Part shown: positions 8,800 to 19,400 of the stretch, piece after piece | Position numbering within the stretch: the first letter of the stretch is position 1 | Layout of the letters: each line of letters begins with the position of its first letter | Source of the DNA: a virus | Lineage: Duplodnaviria; Caudoviricetes | Reading direction: 5' to 3' (one strand) | Length of the DNA stretch: 55,720 bases | Virus record (IMG/VR): IMGVR_UViG_3300022685_000009 | Span: 1-55,720 of that record | The notes under the pieces: model-generated | Database searches by the model: none | The model's input: the letters and a program-made list of their open reading frames with translations, nothing else | What the model was told of the DNA's origin: nothing | Position numbers and translations under genes: made by a program

Positions 8800-11700
8800 A
8801 TGGATGTAATCAACTTAGACGGCGGGGTCGATATGGCCCACAGCCCGACAGCTACTTCGGCGGGCAAGCTGAGAGAGTGCTTCAACTACGAAGTCGGCTG
8901 GTCTCGGGGCTATGCTCGCGTGGATGGGTTTGAGCGTTTTGATGGGCAGGTGAGTCCTTCGTCTACGTCGGTGTGGGTTGTCGAACTTGACTCTTCAGAC
9001 GTAACGGGCACGGATACCTTTACGACCGGCGACGCGTTGACGTGGGAGTTGGATGGAAACTCGGGCGACGCTGGAGTGCTGACCAGTATCCAAGCTTCCC
9101 CGCCGCCTGATTCACGCACCCGCTTTACGATCGCTCTCCGCGATGCCCGTAGAACTCCGCCTTTCGGAGCGACTATTTCCGCCGATGGGTTGGACGCACA
9201 GTTTGTTTTTGAAAAGCCCACGGGATCGCCGGGCGGGTTAACAGTTGAGAGACTGGAAAGCTTCGCTTCAGACCACGACAACTATCTTGGCCTGCTTAGC
9301 GCTGGAGCGGGAGAGCTTAGGAATCGCGTAAGGCCAGTACCCGGTGGCGGTATTATTGTGGGTCTGCATTGGCACGAAGACCGGCTGTATGCGGTACGAG
9401 ATGTGGAGACCATCACGGTTAGCAGTGACGATCTATCCAACTTAATCACTGGTATGTACGTCTACAACGCCGCCGGCCAAGTCGGACAAGTCGTTGAGAA
9501 GAACCCCGACACTTTTCAAGTAGATATTGCACCTGTGACCGACGCCGGGTTTTCTTTGCCGTCGACGACCACTTTAAGCATCGCCTTGCAACTTCGATTT
9601 TCTGGGGGCACCGCGCCCGAGTTCGCTGTCGGCGAGGTGGTAACGGTCCCCTCGCTTGGCGACTACAAGGTAGGTTACGTGACTACTCGCGCCAGCAACT
9701 GGGCCAGCGGTGCAGGTAAGGGCGATCTTGTTCTCATAGGAGGCCCGGACGGCACCGCCGTTTCTAGCGATCAGCTTGACGGCGAAAAAGGTGGGTCGTG
9801 CGTTGTAGACAAGGTTTACTTTGCTCACCGGTCGAATGAGGCCACGGTTATCACAGCTGCGAGTTCTTCGCGCATCGCCACGCTATGGAGAAGCTCGGAT
9901 GATGGGTGGGTGAACGCCGACGTAAGCCGTATCGTTCGGTTTACGAAAGGCACTACTGACCCTTTCAGCACCACCCCGGTGGAAGTAACACAAGAGATGA
10001 CGCTGGGCCGAGCCGGCACCGCAAACGACAACCCAGTGCCGGGCTGGTCCGCCACTGGGCAAGCTGGCGCTGATCCTACTGTTGCCGAGCTTACGGCGGC
10101 CATGCAAATAGACGACAATTTAGTGGGCGGCGCAGCGATTTTTGGCCAGCTTTATCCGGGCGGCCCGCTAATAGGCATGGCCGACCTGCTTGTGGGGGAG
10201 TTCCAACTTACGTCGGACCCGATCCCTAGTACAGCTAACGTCTCCGCAGTTTCAGTAGGGTTTCGCCTTAGCGCACTCGACCCGAGCGCCAGCCTGTTTG
10301 TCTCTCGCAACAGCGTAAAGTCGCCGACTCGGCAGATGGCCATACCCACTTCTCAAACGTTTGTGTGGGTCGGGGAAGATGGGAGCGGAACCCCTATTGA
10401 AAACTGGAACAAGAACTGGACACCCGCAGACATAAATAACGGAGCGTTCGCTTTTCGCCTTGATGGTTTTTACGCGTCTGGTTTCGGCGCCTCTACAACT
10501 GTTTCGATAGATGAGGTCCGCGCGAAGGTGCTTTACGAATTGGTTCCCGGCTCTACGTTGTATTTGTACGATGGGAGTTCTGACATAGGGCAGGTGCAAC
10601 TGACTGAGGCGGTTGTTGAAAGCGGCGCTTTTGATAACAACAACGCGACAGGGTTTTTTGTTTTAGAGGACTGGGACTTAATTTCTATTCCCGCCGGCAC
10701 TTCTATGTACACCGGCCCCGGCGGCACGGGTTTGTTGGTGGCTGAAGCGTCCAGCGATGTGATCCCTGTGAACCTGCCCGGCTCTGTAGCTTTGGCTGAG
10801 GAGCGGTCGCGGTACCAGTTCATCAGCTACAACTTCTACGCGACCGAGGAGCGCAACGCAATTTACGGTTGCTCCGGTGCTGGCCCGGCGTTTGTTTACG
10901 AGCCCCGCACGAACAAGCTGACGTTCATCTCTACAGGCGTGGCGGGAGAGGAAGACAAGCCCCGGCACGTGACGACTCACTTGAGTCGGTTGGCGTTGGG
11001 TTACAAGTGGGGCGAGGTTTATGTGTCCGCCCCCGGCGAGCCGACGAATTTCAACGGTGTAGACTTCGCGGCCAGCTATGGGTTTGGCGACAAGATCACA
11101 GGTATGTCTCCGACGGCAGGCGACGCCACGGCGGTCTTCACCGAGAGCTCCACGTGGATGATGGTGGGCGCAGCGGGTGATGGGTCGAACCCTCCCCGGC
11201 AGCAGGTCATCAACGCGAGAGTGGGGGCCATCGAATACACGGTGCAGTCGAGCGGCAATCGCCCTATCTTTACCAGCTTCAGAGGCATCGAGACGCTGGA
11301 AACCACGGAGCAGTTTGGTGAGTTTTTTACGGCCCCGATGACTTACGACGTGTCTCCGTGGTTGCTTGAGCGCTTGCAAACCGCTGCCGGCATGGAGGCA
11401 ACGAATCGTTCCGTTGTCAACTCGGTGGTAGTGAGGAACAAGAACCAGTACCGCCTGTTCTTCGCGGACGGCTATGTGCTGACTTTGACACAGGTGGGTG
11501 TTGAGAAGACCCCGCAAAGCACGATCCAGTATTACTACTTCAACAGCGATTTCGGCCAGTATGCCCGCGTGTTTGCCACGACCTCGGGCGTGACTGCGGA
11601 CGGTCGAGATCGGGCCTTCTTCTCCACCGAGTCGGCCCCGAAGCCTCCTGCCACCATGCCCCCTCCTTTCTACATGGAGGCTGTCCCGATGCCGCCGAGC

Positions 11701-12123
11701 AGCGACCCGATCGACTTCGCGTATGAGCTGGATCGGGGGGTGAGTTTCGACGGGGGCGTGATCAAGGCGGCGCTGACCCTTTTCTACAACTTCGGCTCGG
11801 GTCAGCAGAACACTATGACCACGGCGAACTACAATGTTATGCACTTGCATGGCCGAGGCGCGGGCTTCTCGTTGCTAAGGCTTAGCAGGGCGATAAACTA
11901 CGAGGACATCGACCTACCTCCACTAAACTACGAGTCGATGACTTTTGGCGCAAAGAGCAACCCGCCGGAGCCTACCCAGAAAGCGAAGTACACTAAGGGC
12001 AGACTCAGCGGACGCGGGTTCGCTATCTCCATGCGGATTGAGAGCGAAACCAACATGGAATTTCCGCACATTCTCCAACAGGTGACTCTGCTGGATGACG
12101 AACCAAACAGACTGAACAGGTGA
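8800..12123 (+). CDS. Tail nozzle / tubular protein B-like, with large internal insert
   Basis: N-terminal GG.D...NYE...GYARVDGFERFDG; beta-propeller-like C-terminal half; follows adaptor. Confidence 0.7.
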   Translation: MDVINLDGGVDMAHSPTATSAGKLRECFNYEVGWSRGYARVDGFERFDGQVSPSSTSVWVVELDSSDVTGTDTFTTGDALTWELDGNSGDAGVLTSIQASPPPDSRTRFTIALRDARRTPPFGATISADGLDAQFVFEKPTGSPGGLTVERLESFASDHDNYLGLLSAGAGELRNRVRPVPGGGIIVGLHWHEDRLYAVRDVETITVSSDDLSNLITGMYVYNAAGQVGQVVEKNPDTFQVDIAPVTDAGFSLPSTTTLSIALQLRFSGGTAPEFAVGEVVTVPSLGDYKVGYVTTRASNWASGAGKGDLVLIGGPDGTAVSSDQLDGEKGGSCVVDKVYFAHRSNEATVITAASSSRIATLWRSSDDGWVNADVSRIVRFTKGTTDPFSTTPVEVTQEMTLGRAGTANDNPVPGWSATGQAGADPTVAELTAAMQIDDNLVGGAAIFGQLYPGGPLIGMADLLVGEFQLTSDPIPSTANVSAVSVGFRLSALDPSASLFVSRNSVKSPTRQMAIPTSQTFVWVGEDGSGTPIENWNKNWTPADINNGAFAFRLDGFYASGFGASTTVSIDEVRAKVLYELVPGSTLYLYDGSSDIGQVQLTEAVVESGAFDNNNATGFFVLEDWDLISIPAGTSMYTGPGGTGLLVAEASSDVIPVNLPGSVALAEERSRYQFISYNFYATEERNAIYGCSGAGPAFVYEPRTNKLTFISTGVAGEEDKPRHVTTHLSRLALGYKWGEVYVSAPGEPTNFNGVDFAASYGFGDKITGMSPTAGDATAVFTESSTWMMVGAAGDGSNPPRQQVINARVGAIEYTVQSSGNRPIFTSFRGIETLETTEQFGEFFTAPMTYDVSPWLLERLQTAAGMEATNRSVVNSVVVRNKNQYRLFFADGYVLTLTQVGVEKTPQSTIQYYYFNSDFGQYARVFATTSGVTADGRDRAFFSTESAPKPPATMPPPFYMEAVPMPPSSDPIDFAYELDRGVSFDGGVIKAALTLFYNFGSGQQNTMTTANYNVMHLHGRGAGFSLLRLSRAINYEDIDLPPLNYESMTFGAKSNPPEPTQKAKYTKGRLSGRGFAISMRIESETNMEFPHILQQVTLLDDEPNRLNR
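11872..11888. promoter_or_regulatory. 17-bp palindrome, isolated copy inside the tail gene
   Basis: TTGCTAAGGCTTAGCAG. Confidence 0.6.
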
Positions 12124-12126
12124 CTT

Positions 12127-13308
12127 ATGGCCGCTCGTGAACCAGATAGAACTGGCCCCGTTGAAGAAAGCCCGGTCGAGGGGACGTATGTTCCGCCGAA
12201 TGGAACGGCCCCTCCGGTTGATGCACAAGGCAACCCGTACCAGCCGAACCCTGATCTCAACGAGTACGAGGGCCAGTCCGGCGTGGACGGACAACAAAAC
12301 ACCGACCTCAATCTTGGGGTGCCGGACGCGCTCATGGATTACGGCTCTCGTATCGCGGGCTCTCCTTACGCGGGCGTGGACTACCGGGGGCAAGCCAAAG
12401 CGCAGCAGGCAAGAGCGCACACGCGAGAGGCCCAGCAGAACGAGATGTCGGCCTACCATCTGGATCAGATGCTGGCTAGCGACTCACCGCTCATGCGCCG
12501 CGCGCGTATGCAGGCGATGGCCGGGGCTGGGGGTCGAGGCTTGATGAACAGCAGCATCGCACAGGGCGCAGCTATGGGTAGCATGATTGACCGCGCCCAG
12601 CCGTTCGCGCTTCAAGACGCGACCGCCCATCAGCGGGCGGCCACGGAGTCGCTCACCGCGAAGAATCAGGCGTCCCTCACCAACGCTGAGTTGGGAACGA
12701 GAGCAGGTATTGCAGGCATGCAGGCGAACGCCAACCGCGACCAGCTCATGATGCAGGCGGACATGTCCGGCAATCAGGACGTGCTACGGCACATCCTTGG
12801 TATGGAAGCCCGCGAAGACCAGCAGGCTTTTCAAGCGGCAGAGAATTTCGCCCAGCGGGATTGGCAGACCAAGGAGCGCGAAGGCGGGCAGGAGTTTCAG
12901 AACCAACAGCGCGAGTTCCAGAACATCTGGCAGAGCGAGGAGAACAAGGATCGGGCCGTCGAACGCTGGGTTGAGCTAAATCTCCAACGCAGCTCAAATC
13001 GAGAGGTAGCTATGGCGCAGACGCTAGCGCAGATTTACAGTAACCCGAACTTGACGGCCAGAGAGCAGGATGCTGCCGCCGCGCGGGCGAAGGAGATTTT
13101 GACGGCAAACCAGTCGTCACAAGACGCTTACCCCCCGCACCCGGTTTACGGCCAGAACAACACTTCCACGAGGCCGCCGGTAGACCCAGATGTCGCGGCT
13201 GCCAACGAGACGGCAGGGGAGGTTTACAACAGCCCGTCCAACACGGCAGCCGGGGATGTGTCTGCCGCGCTACCGCCTGTGAACGGCGAGCAGATGGGGC
13301 TAGGTTGA
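12127..13308 (+). CDS. Internal virion / ejection protein (putative)
   Basis: A/Q-rich helical; GRGLMNSSIA motif; position after nozzle. Confidence 0.6.
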   Translation: MAAREPDRTGPVEESPVEGTYVPPNGTAPPVDAQGNPYQPNPDLNEYEGQSGVDGQQNTDLNLGVPDALMDYGSRIAGSPYAGVDYRGQAKAQQARAHTREAQQNEMSAYHLDQMLASDSPLMRRARMQAMAGAGGRGLMNSSIAQGAAMGSMIDRAQPFALQDATAHQRAATESLTAKNQASLTNAELGTRAGIAGMQANANRDQLMMQADMSGNQDVLRHILGMEAREDQQAFQAAENFAQRDWQTKEREGGQEFQNQQREFQNIWQSEENKDRAVERWVELNLQRSSNREVAMAQTLAQIYSNPNLTAREQDAAAARAKEILTANQSSQDAYPPHPVYGQNNTSTRPPVDPDVAAANETAGEVYNSPSNTAAGDVSAALPPVNGEQMGLG

Positions 13309-13763
13309 TGAAGACACGAATTGCTCAATATCAGGATGTGATGAGGGTAGTCCGATACCTGCGGAAGACCCACGCGATGACGGGTTGGGACTGGGTACCG
13401 TTCGACGAGAAGCGCGTCCGTAACATGGTGACTTACCTTGTTAGAACGCGCGGGTCCGATGTCATCATGGCGGTGAACGACGCGAAACAGATCAAGGGCG
13501 CGTTGCTTGCGCAGACCGATCTGTTTTTCTGGTCAGGAAAGGCAAAGTATGCTTCGTCTGTTCACACTGTCGGCACCGGCGGAGGGCTTCATTGCCTACG
13601 TCGGTTTATCAAGTGGGCGGACGACGAAGGCTGCGACTGCATTGTCGAGTCGGTGGCTACGGACATTGCGCGAGCAGAGAAGGTTTACGAGAGGTTGGGG
13701 TTCAAGCGGCAGGGCAATGCGCTCGTGTACCGCTTCAACGAGGAACAGGAGGAAGCGGCATGA
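13308..13763 (+). CDS. GNAT-like virion assembly protein
   Basis: C-terminal A.KVYERLGFK motif; usual position among podovirus ejection genes; TGATG coupling. Confidence 0.6.
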   Translation: MKTRIAQYQDVMRVVRYLRKTHAMTGWDWVPFDEKRVRNMVTYLVRTRGSDVIMAVNDAKQIKGALLAQTDLFFWSGKAKYASSVHTVGTGGGLHCLRRFIKWADDEGCDCIVESVATDIARAEKVYERLGFKRQGNALVYRFNEEQEEAA

Positions 13764-13786
13764 GTTTTGCCGAGGAGAATTAGAAA

Positions 13787-14674
13787 ATGTCTTTCGTTAA
13801 AAAAGCCGTCAAGAAGGTCAAGAAGTTTGTGAAGAAGTACTGGAAGGTGATCGTGATCGCTGCGCTCGTCGTGTTCACGGCAGGGGTGGCGACCGTCGGC
13901 TTCGCTGCTTTCGCCGGAGCGTCGGGCTTCTCGGGCTTCATGGGCGCGGTAGGTCAGACCATGGTTGCCGGAGTGCAGGGTATTGCCGCGACCATTGGTA
14001 TCGGGTCGGGCGCGACCACCGCTGGAGGCGCGAAGGTCGGGCTTGGCGCCGCGTGGGGCGCGGGTGGTGGTGGCGGCTGGGCTACCGGCTCGGCGGCAGC
14101 CAAGATCACCGCTGCCAACAAGGCGGCAGCCGCAACCGGCTCGCTCGCCACCCCGCTGGTCTCTACCAAGGGGGCGCTTCAAGGGACGGTCGCCCAGAAG
14201 GCGGCAGCCACCGCTTCGAAAAAAGCCGCCGCTGGAATTCTCAGCACGGGCACTACGACCACTAGCGGCACCACGGTTGGCGGCATCCTCAAGGCGGGCA
14301 GCGCCATCGCTGGCCCGGCCCTGACGGCCTACGCCAAGATGAAAGAGACAGAGGCCCAGAACGCTCCACCCCTCGCCATGTGGGGTGTCGAGGTTGGTCG
14401 CGAAGACGAGTACTACGACAACATCATCGAGAACGAGGGTCAGCCCGCCGTGGGTAACGAAGCGTTGGCCCAGACCGGCGCGAACGCGACGGCCCCGCTC
14501 ATGCCCGGTGGAGCCCCAGTCGGATCGCAGGCGCTCGATCAGGTTGGTGTCCCCGGTGTTGGTCAGGCGGTCGAGCTTCCTTACCAGCCGGGTCAGATGG
14601 AGCAGCCTCAGCAGCCTCAGCAGCCTCAGCAGCCTCAGAACCCACTCATGATGCCGCAAGGAGGCTACGCCTGA
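13787..14674 (+). CDS. Membrane-inserting ejection protein (putative)
   Basis: Basic N-terminus KKAVKKVKK, long hydrophobic G/A-rich segment, QQP repeats. Confidence 0.6.
   Translation: MSFVKKAVKKVKKFVKKYWKVIVIAALVVFTAGVATVGFAAFAGASGFSGFMGAVGQTMVAGVQGIAATIGIGSGATTAGGAKVGLGAAWGAGGGGGWATGSAAAKITAANKAAAATGSLATPLVSTKGALQGTVAQKAAATASKKAAAGILSTGTTTTSGTTVGGILKAGSAIAGPALTAYAKMKETEAQNAPPLAMWGVEVGREDEYYDNIIENEGQPAVGNEALAQTGANATAPLMPGGAPVGSQALDQVGVPGVGQAVELPYQPGQMEQPQQPQQPQQPQNPLMMPQGGYA
14601..14638 (+). repeat. 9-bp tandem repeat AGCAGCCTC x4
   Basis: Directly visible. Confidence 0.9.
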
Positions 14675-15519
14675 TGGAACAGCGAGAGACACCGGTAGGC
14701 CAGTTCCCTGACGACGGGTCGGTAGACAGCGACTTCCTCAACATGCTGTCGGCAGAGGCCATCCAGTACATTCACGAGGACGCCACTAAGCAGATTGTGG
14801 AGGTTCTGACGAACACGGGCGACACGGCTGAGGCCGTTGCGGCCACGACCTACAAGATCACCAAGGGTCTGATGGATCGGCACAAGCCCGAAGCCATCTC
14901 GTTGGAGGCTGACTTGAACCACGCCATGGCTCTGGGCGCGGAGGTCACCGACATGCTTATCGAGGTGGCGCAGGCTGCGCAGCCTGACGCACAGCTCGAC
15001 GTAGAGAAGCTACGAGAGGAGGCACTGCTACGCGCTACCGTCATGCACGGTGAGGATGTGGAAGCCCGAAACGACCCAGAAGCCAAGCAAGAAGCTGCCG
15101 TCATGTACGCCGGGATGATGGAGGACGGCACGGTGGACGAGGCGCTTTCTTACGCGGACACGCGTTCGGTTGAGCTGGGCCTGAACACCAACGACACCAT
15201 GCGCAAGGGGATTGAGGAGGGAACGAAGTTTGGCGCTCAGACGCTGAAGAAGGCGCCGGTGGCTGAAGGCGTCTCGGAGGGAACGAGGCAGCTTGAGCGG
15301 ATAGGCAAGGTTGATCTTAGTGGCTCCAACGCCCCCGTAGCTTATAACCCCGAGCCCCCTATGGCTACGGCGACGCCCGAGACCGACGAAGAAACAACGG
15401 GCCTGATGGGTGAGCCTAGCGGGCTTCAGGGGGCCAACCACGTAGGTTCGGCGCCGCCGGATTCTATGGGCATGGCACTGCCCCGCAATTTGCCGGTTCT
15501 GCCGAGAGAGGAGGAGTAA
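14674..15519 (+). CDS. Hypothetical acidic virion protein
   Basis: GGAGG RBS; TGATG overlap. Confidence 0.7.
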   Translation: MEQRETPVGQFPDDGSVDSDFLNMLSAEAIQYIHEDATKQIVEVLTNTGDTAEAVAATTYKITKGLMDRHKPEAISLEADLNHAMALGAEVTDMLIEVAQAAQPDAQLDVEKLREEALLRATVMHGEDVEARNDPEAKQEAAVMYAGMMEDGTVDEALSYADTRSVELGLNTNDTMRKGIEEGTKFGAQTLKKAPVAEGVSEGTRQLERIGKVDLSGSNAPVAYNPEPPMATATPETDEETTGLMGEPSGLQGANHVGSAPPDSMGMALPRNLPVLPREEE

Positions 15520-15521
15520 AC

Positions 15522-16454
15522 ATGGGACGCGCGACACGACGAGGTAAATCCTACGCTGGGTTGGCTGCTGGCGGCGCGGCCTTGATGGGCGGGTACCAGT
15601 TCATCACGGACGAGGAGAAACGCAAGGCGCAAGAGCAGCGCATGGCCAGCCTTGAGCGGCTGAAGAATGCCGAACTGTCGCTCCAGTCACGCCGTCTCGA
15701 CGAAGCCGCTACGACGCGAGACCAGAACCGAGCCGACGCCGCGATGAACAAGTTCCTCAGCGAAGACCTGCCCGGTTGGCAGGCGAAGTACATCGGTACT
15801 GACGAGGACGCGAAGCTGCGAGAATCCGCGTGGGACGCCGTGTTCAGCGACGGGTACAACCTGACCAGCGAAGACGTGGATTTCGACGCCATCGCCGCTC
15901 GCGTCGAAGGGCAGTTTGGTGTCGGCAAGAGCGGCAAGCCGCTGCTGTCGGCTTCCGACATCGAGGAAGGCATGAAGGCGCTTCGCACGCGAGCAAAGCT
16001 GCGAGGCATTAGCGAAGACAGGCTGACGCCGGACGACCTGCGCAGCCTCATCACGACCGGGTTCAAAGTGGGCGAAGAGGCCGCCACACCTGCCGTGGGC
16101 GACGACGCCTTTGAGGACATTGGTGTCGAGGATTCCGCCGTGGTCGACGCGCTTATGGGTGAGGTCACCGGAGACGACAAACCGTTTGGGTTGGGGCTGT
16201 CGCAGAAGTTGTCGTCTCTGGGTGAGGCGCTCAACATCACAAAAGCGCCCGACTATTACAGAAACGGCGGCAGTGGCAACCAACCCAACCCTGAAGTCAT
16301 TGCGAGAGGTTTTGACCGAGGGATTATGCAGACGCCCAACATGACCGCACCTGCTGATTGGACCGCGAACTACGACCTCGACACGTTGTCGCGGCTTCCG
16401 CGCGAGACCTTGCCCCCGCAAGCTGTTGCCCGACTGGAGGCGGCAGGACTGTAA
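15522..16454 (+). CDS. Hypothetical internal virion protein
   Basis: GAGGAG RBS; N-terminal G/A hydrophobic stretch followed by coiled coil. Confidence 0.7.
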   Translation: MGRATRRGKSYAGLAAGGAALMGGYQFITDEEKRKAQEQRMASLERLKNAELSLQSRRLDEAATTRDQNRADAAMNKFLSEDLPGWQAKYIGTDEDAKLRESAWDAVFSDGYNLTSEDVDFDAIAARVEGQFGVGKSGKPLLSASDIEEGMKALRTRAKLRGISEDRLTPDDLRSLITTGFKVGEEAATPAVGDDAFEDIGVEDSAVVDALMGEVTGDDKPFGLGLSQKLSSLGEALNITKAPDYYRNGGSGNQPNPEVIARGFDRGIMQTPNMTAPADWTANYDLDTLSRLPRETLPPQAVARLEAAGL

Positions 16455-19400
16455 GTGAACACCATCGACATCAACTCACTGCTTAGCAGCGCGGCGGACA
16501 GGACGGGCCTCCCTCCCGACTTGTTGGAACAAATTGTTTTTCAGGAGTCGTCCAACGACCCTAACGCCGTGTCTCTTAAAGGCGCACAGGGGCTGATGCA
16601 GGTCATGCCCGGCACGGCACAGCAGCCGGGTTTCGGCGTGCCCGAGTTTGACCGCCAGCGCCCGCTTAACGACCCCGAAGAAAACGTCCGGTTTGGCGCT
16701 GACTACATCAACGCGATGAAAAAGCGGTATGGGGGAAACATCGAACATGCTCTGCTCGCTTACAACATGGGGCCGGGGAACACGGACGAGTGGGTCCAAA
16801 AAGGCGAAGACGCGACTCGGCTTGATGACGAACCTCTGTTTTATGTGGCCAACATCACCAAGCGGGTTGCCGACCAGCGCGGTGTTCAGATTGACAGCCC
16901 CTACATCCGCGAAGCTCGGCGCCGTTTAGAAGAGCGCGGCGAAGACCCCAGTTTTTTTGACCTGCCGGAGCCGGAGCGGCAGCAAACCGCAAGCCGCCAA
17001 CCGCCACCCGCTAACCGACGGCTGACGCTCGCCGAGGAAGACGACGCACCCGAGGGCGCACTTCAGTGGGTGGCCGACCACGCCGAGATGGTAGGCAAGG
17101 GCTTGTACACCAGCTTTATCGATCTTGCCTCGCTGGTCGCCGACGCCTCTGACCTTGGACAGGGGCCGGACAACGGGATCACCGATCGCATCGCCAACAA
17201 ACTGGAGAACCACGCCAGCCGGGTGCGCAATTCGCTTCCTGAGTACATCCGGCGCGACCTCGCTAAAGAAATTGTGACGCGTGACGAAGATGGAGAGCTT
17301 GAGTTCCACATGCCAAACCTACGGCAGGTGGCAAATCTCGTGCTGCAATCTGCGGCCCCGTCTGGCGCGATCGTGCTGGGCGGCAAGGCGTTGGTGAAAG
17401 GCGCGTCCGCCGTCAAGAAGCTGAAGGGTTTTGTCGAGAAGTCCCCTAAGCTGGCGAACGCCGCAGGATTGGGCACGGCCAACAGCGCGTACAACTCCGT
17501 GTCCGTTTACACCGACACGTACGATCAAGCCTTGGAAGACGCTCTCAGGGACGGGCTACCCAGAGACGAAGCTGAAGAGGAGGCCGCAAAAGCCGCAACT
17601 TTGGCGGCAGGTATTACAGCGCCGCTATCGTTAACCACGGGGGCACTTGGAGAAGGGCTCTCCGCCACCGGAAGCAACGTAACGAGCCGCCTACTCAAAG
17701 GCGTGCTCTACGGAGGCGTGACCGAAGCGCCGGAGGAGGCGGGCCAGTACGCCGCCGGTCAGATTGGCCGGGGCGAGGATGTTGAGTCCGCCGCCCTCCT
17801 GAACGCTGGCCTGATGGGGGCGCTTGGCGCTGGCCCGACCGAGGGTGTGATGGCGGCTGCGTTCGGCAACACCGGCGAAAGTCAAAGCCCCCGCCCGGTG
17901 CCGCCCGGCGACCCCGACCCGTCGCTGGTCGATGAGCCGGCGCCCCTGCCCAATGATGTTCCACGTGGAACAATCGGCGATCCCGACCAACTCAACTTGT
18001 TCCCTGACATTCCAACAGGAGAGTTGCCGCTCATGCCCGAGCAAGGAACGCTGTCGTTGGATGGTGGCCGGGCGGCTGACCCCAACCAACTACGGCTTGA
18101 TCTGCCGCTCCCTGCCGACGCGGCGGTAGCAGAGGACACACTGGAACCCTTGCCGGAGCAGCTCAACCTGTTCCCTGACATCCCGACGGAAGAGTTGCCA
18201 CTCCTTGACAACGGGCGGGGAACCTTGGAGTTGTCCGACAGTCGCTTCGACGCAGACCTGAACCAGCTTGAGCTTGACCTACCCTTCCCCAACGCAGCGG
18301 TAGCGGCGGGAGTCGCTGACACCGAGGCGGCGGTTGATGCCAGCCCGGTTCTGCCGAATGCGCAGGACGCGCTCGATGCCCCGGCTGAGGAGGACTTGGC
18401 TGAGGTTGAAGAGATCATCGAAGAGTCCGCAACAATGGCCTCGCAGATCACGCCGGAAGACGGCGAGATGAACATTCGTAATATCAACGCCTTACGGCCT
18501 GAGCGTGTTCCCGAGAACGAGTCTGCCGAGGACGAACTGGCTCGCCTGATCGCGGAGCAGCAGTCGCAAATGGAAGGGTCTGGCCTTGAGGCGTCGGAAA
18601 CGGCGCAGCGAGCCGCCGAAGTCAACGCCGAACAACGCCGTCGCCGGGCGGCAAAGGAAGCCGAGGCTGAAGCCACGGAGACTACGACGCCGCCAACGAC
18701 GCCGCCAACGACGCCGCCAACGACGCCGCCAACGACGCCCGCTGCTGAAGAACCCACCACGCCCGCTGCTGAAGGTGAGCCGATCTATGAGTTTAACGGC
18801 GCTACCTTCCGGCAGGACGATGTTGATCTGGCCAAGTCCGACCCCGACGCTTTCATCGAGCGCCTACGCGAGAACGGCTTCGATGACTACGAGATCAACT
18901 CAGCCCTTGATCACTTCGGGGAAGAGAAGACCGAGGTTAAGCCGACGCTGACGCTTCCGAACAAGACCGAGGTCGAGGCGCAGGTCGAGGCCAAGGAAGT
19001 GCAAGATGCGGCCAAGACCAAGGTTGAGGAACAGGAGACCCCGACCGAGCCGGACGGCGAGTACGAGTTCGAAGGCGAGACCTACACGAACGCCGACGTG
19101 CTGGAGGCCCGAGCCGACCCGCAAGCTTACTTTGACAGGCTGACCCAAGAGTACGGCTACAACTACGACGAGGCCGAGCGAGCCATTGAGTACCTTGAGG
19201 CCAAGGCCATGGCTTCCGCCGGCCCCACCAAGCAGGAGCTGGAGCTGGCTGAGCTTGCGCGGGAGAACCCGCAGGCTGCCTTCGAACAGGTCTTGAGGCT
19301 GGGCAGAACTCCAGAGGAGGCCGACGCTGTCATGGCCCGGCTCGCGCTTATCAATTCCACTAAGCCGCTGCCTGCGGAATCAGCGACGCCGGAAACGGCA

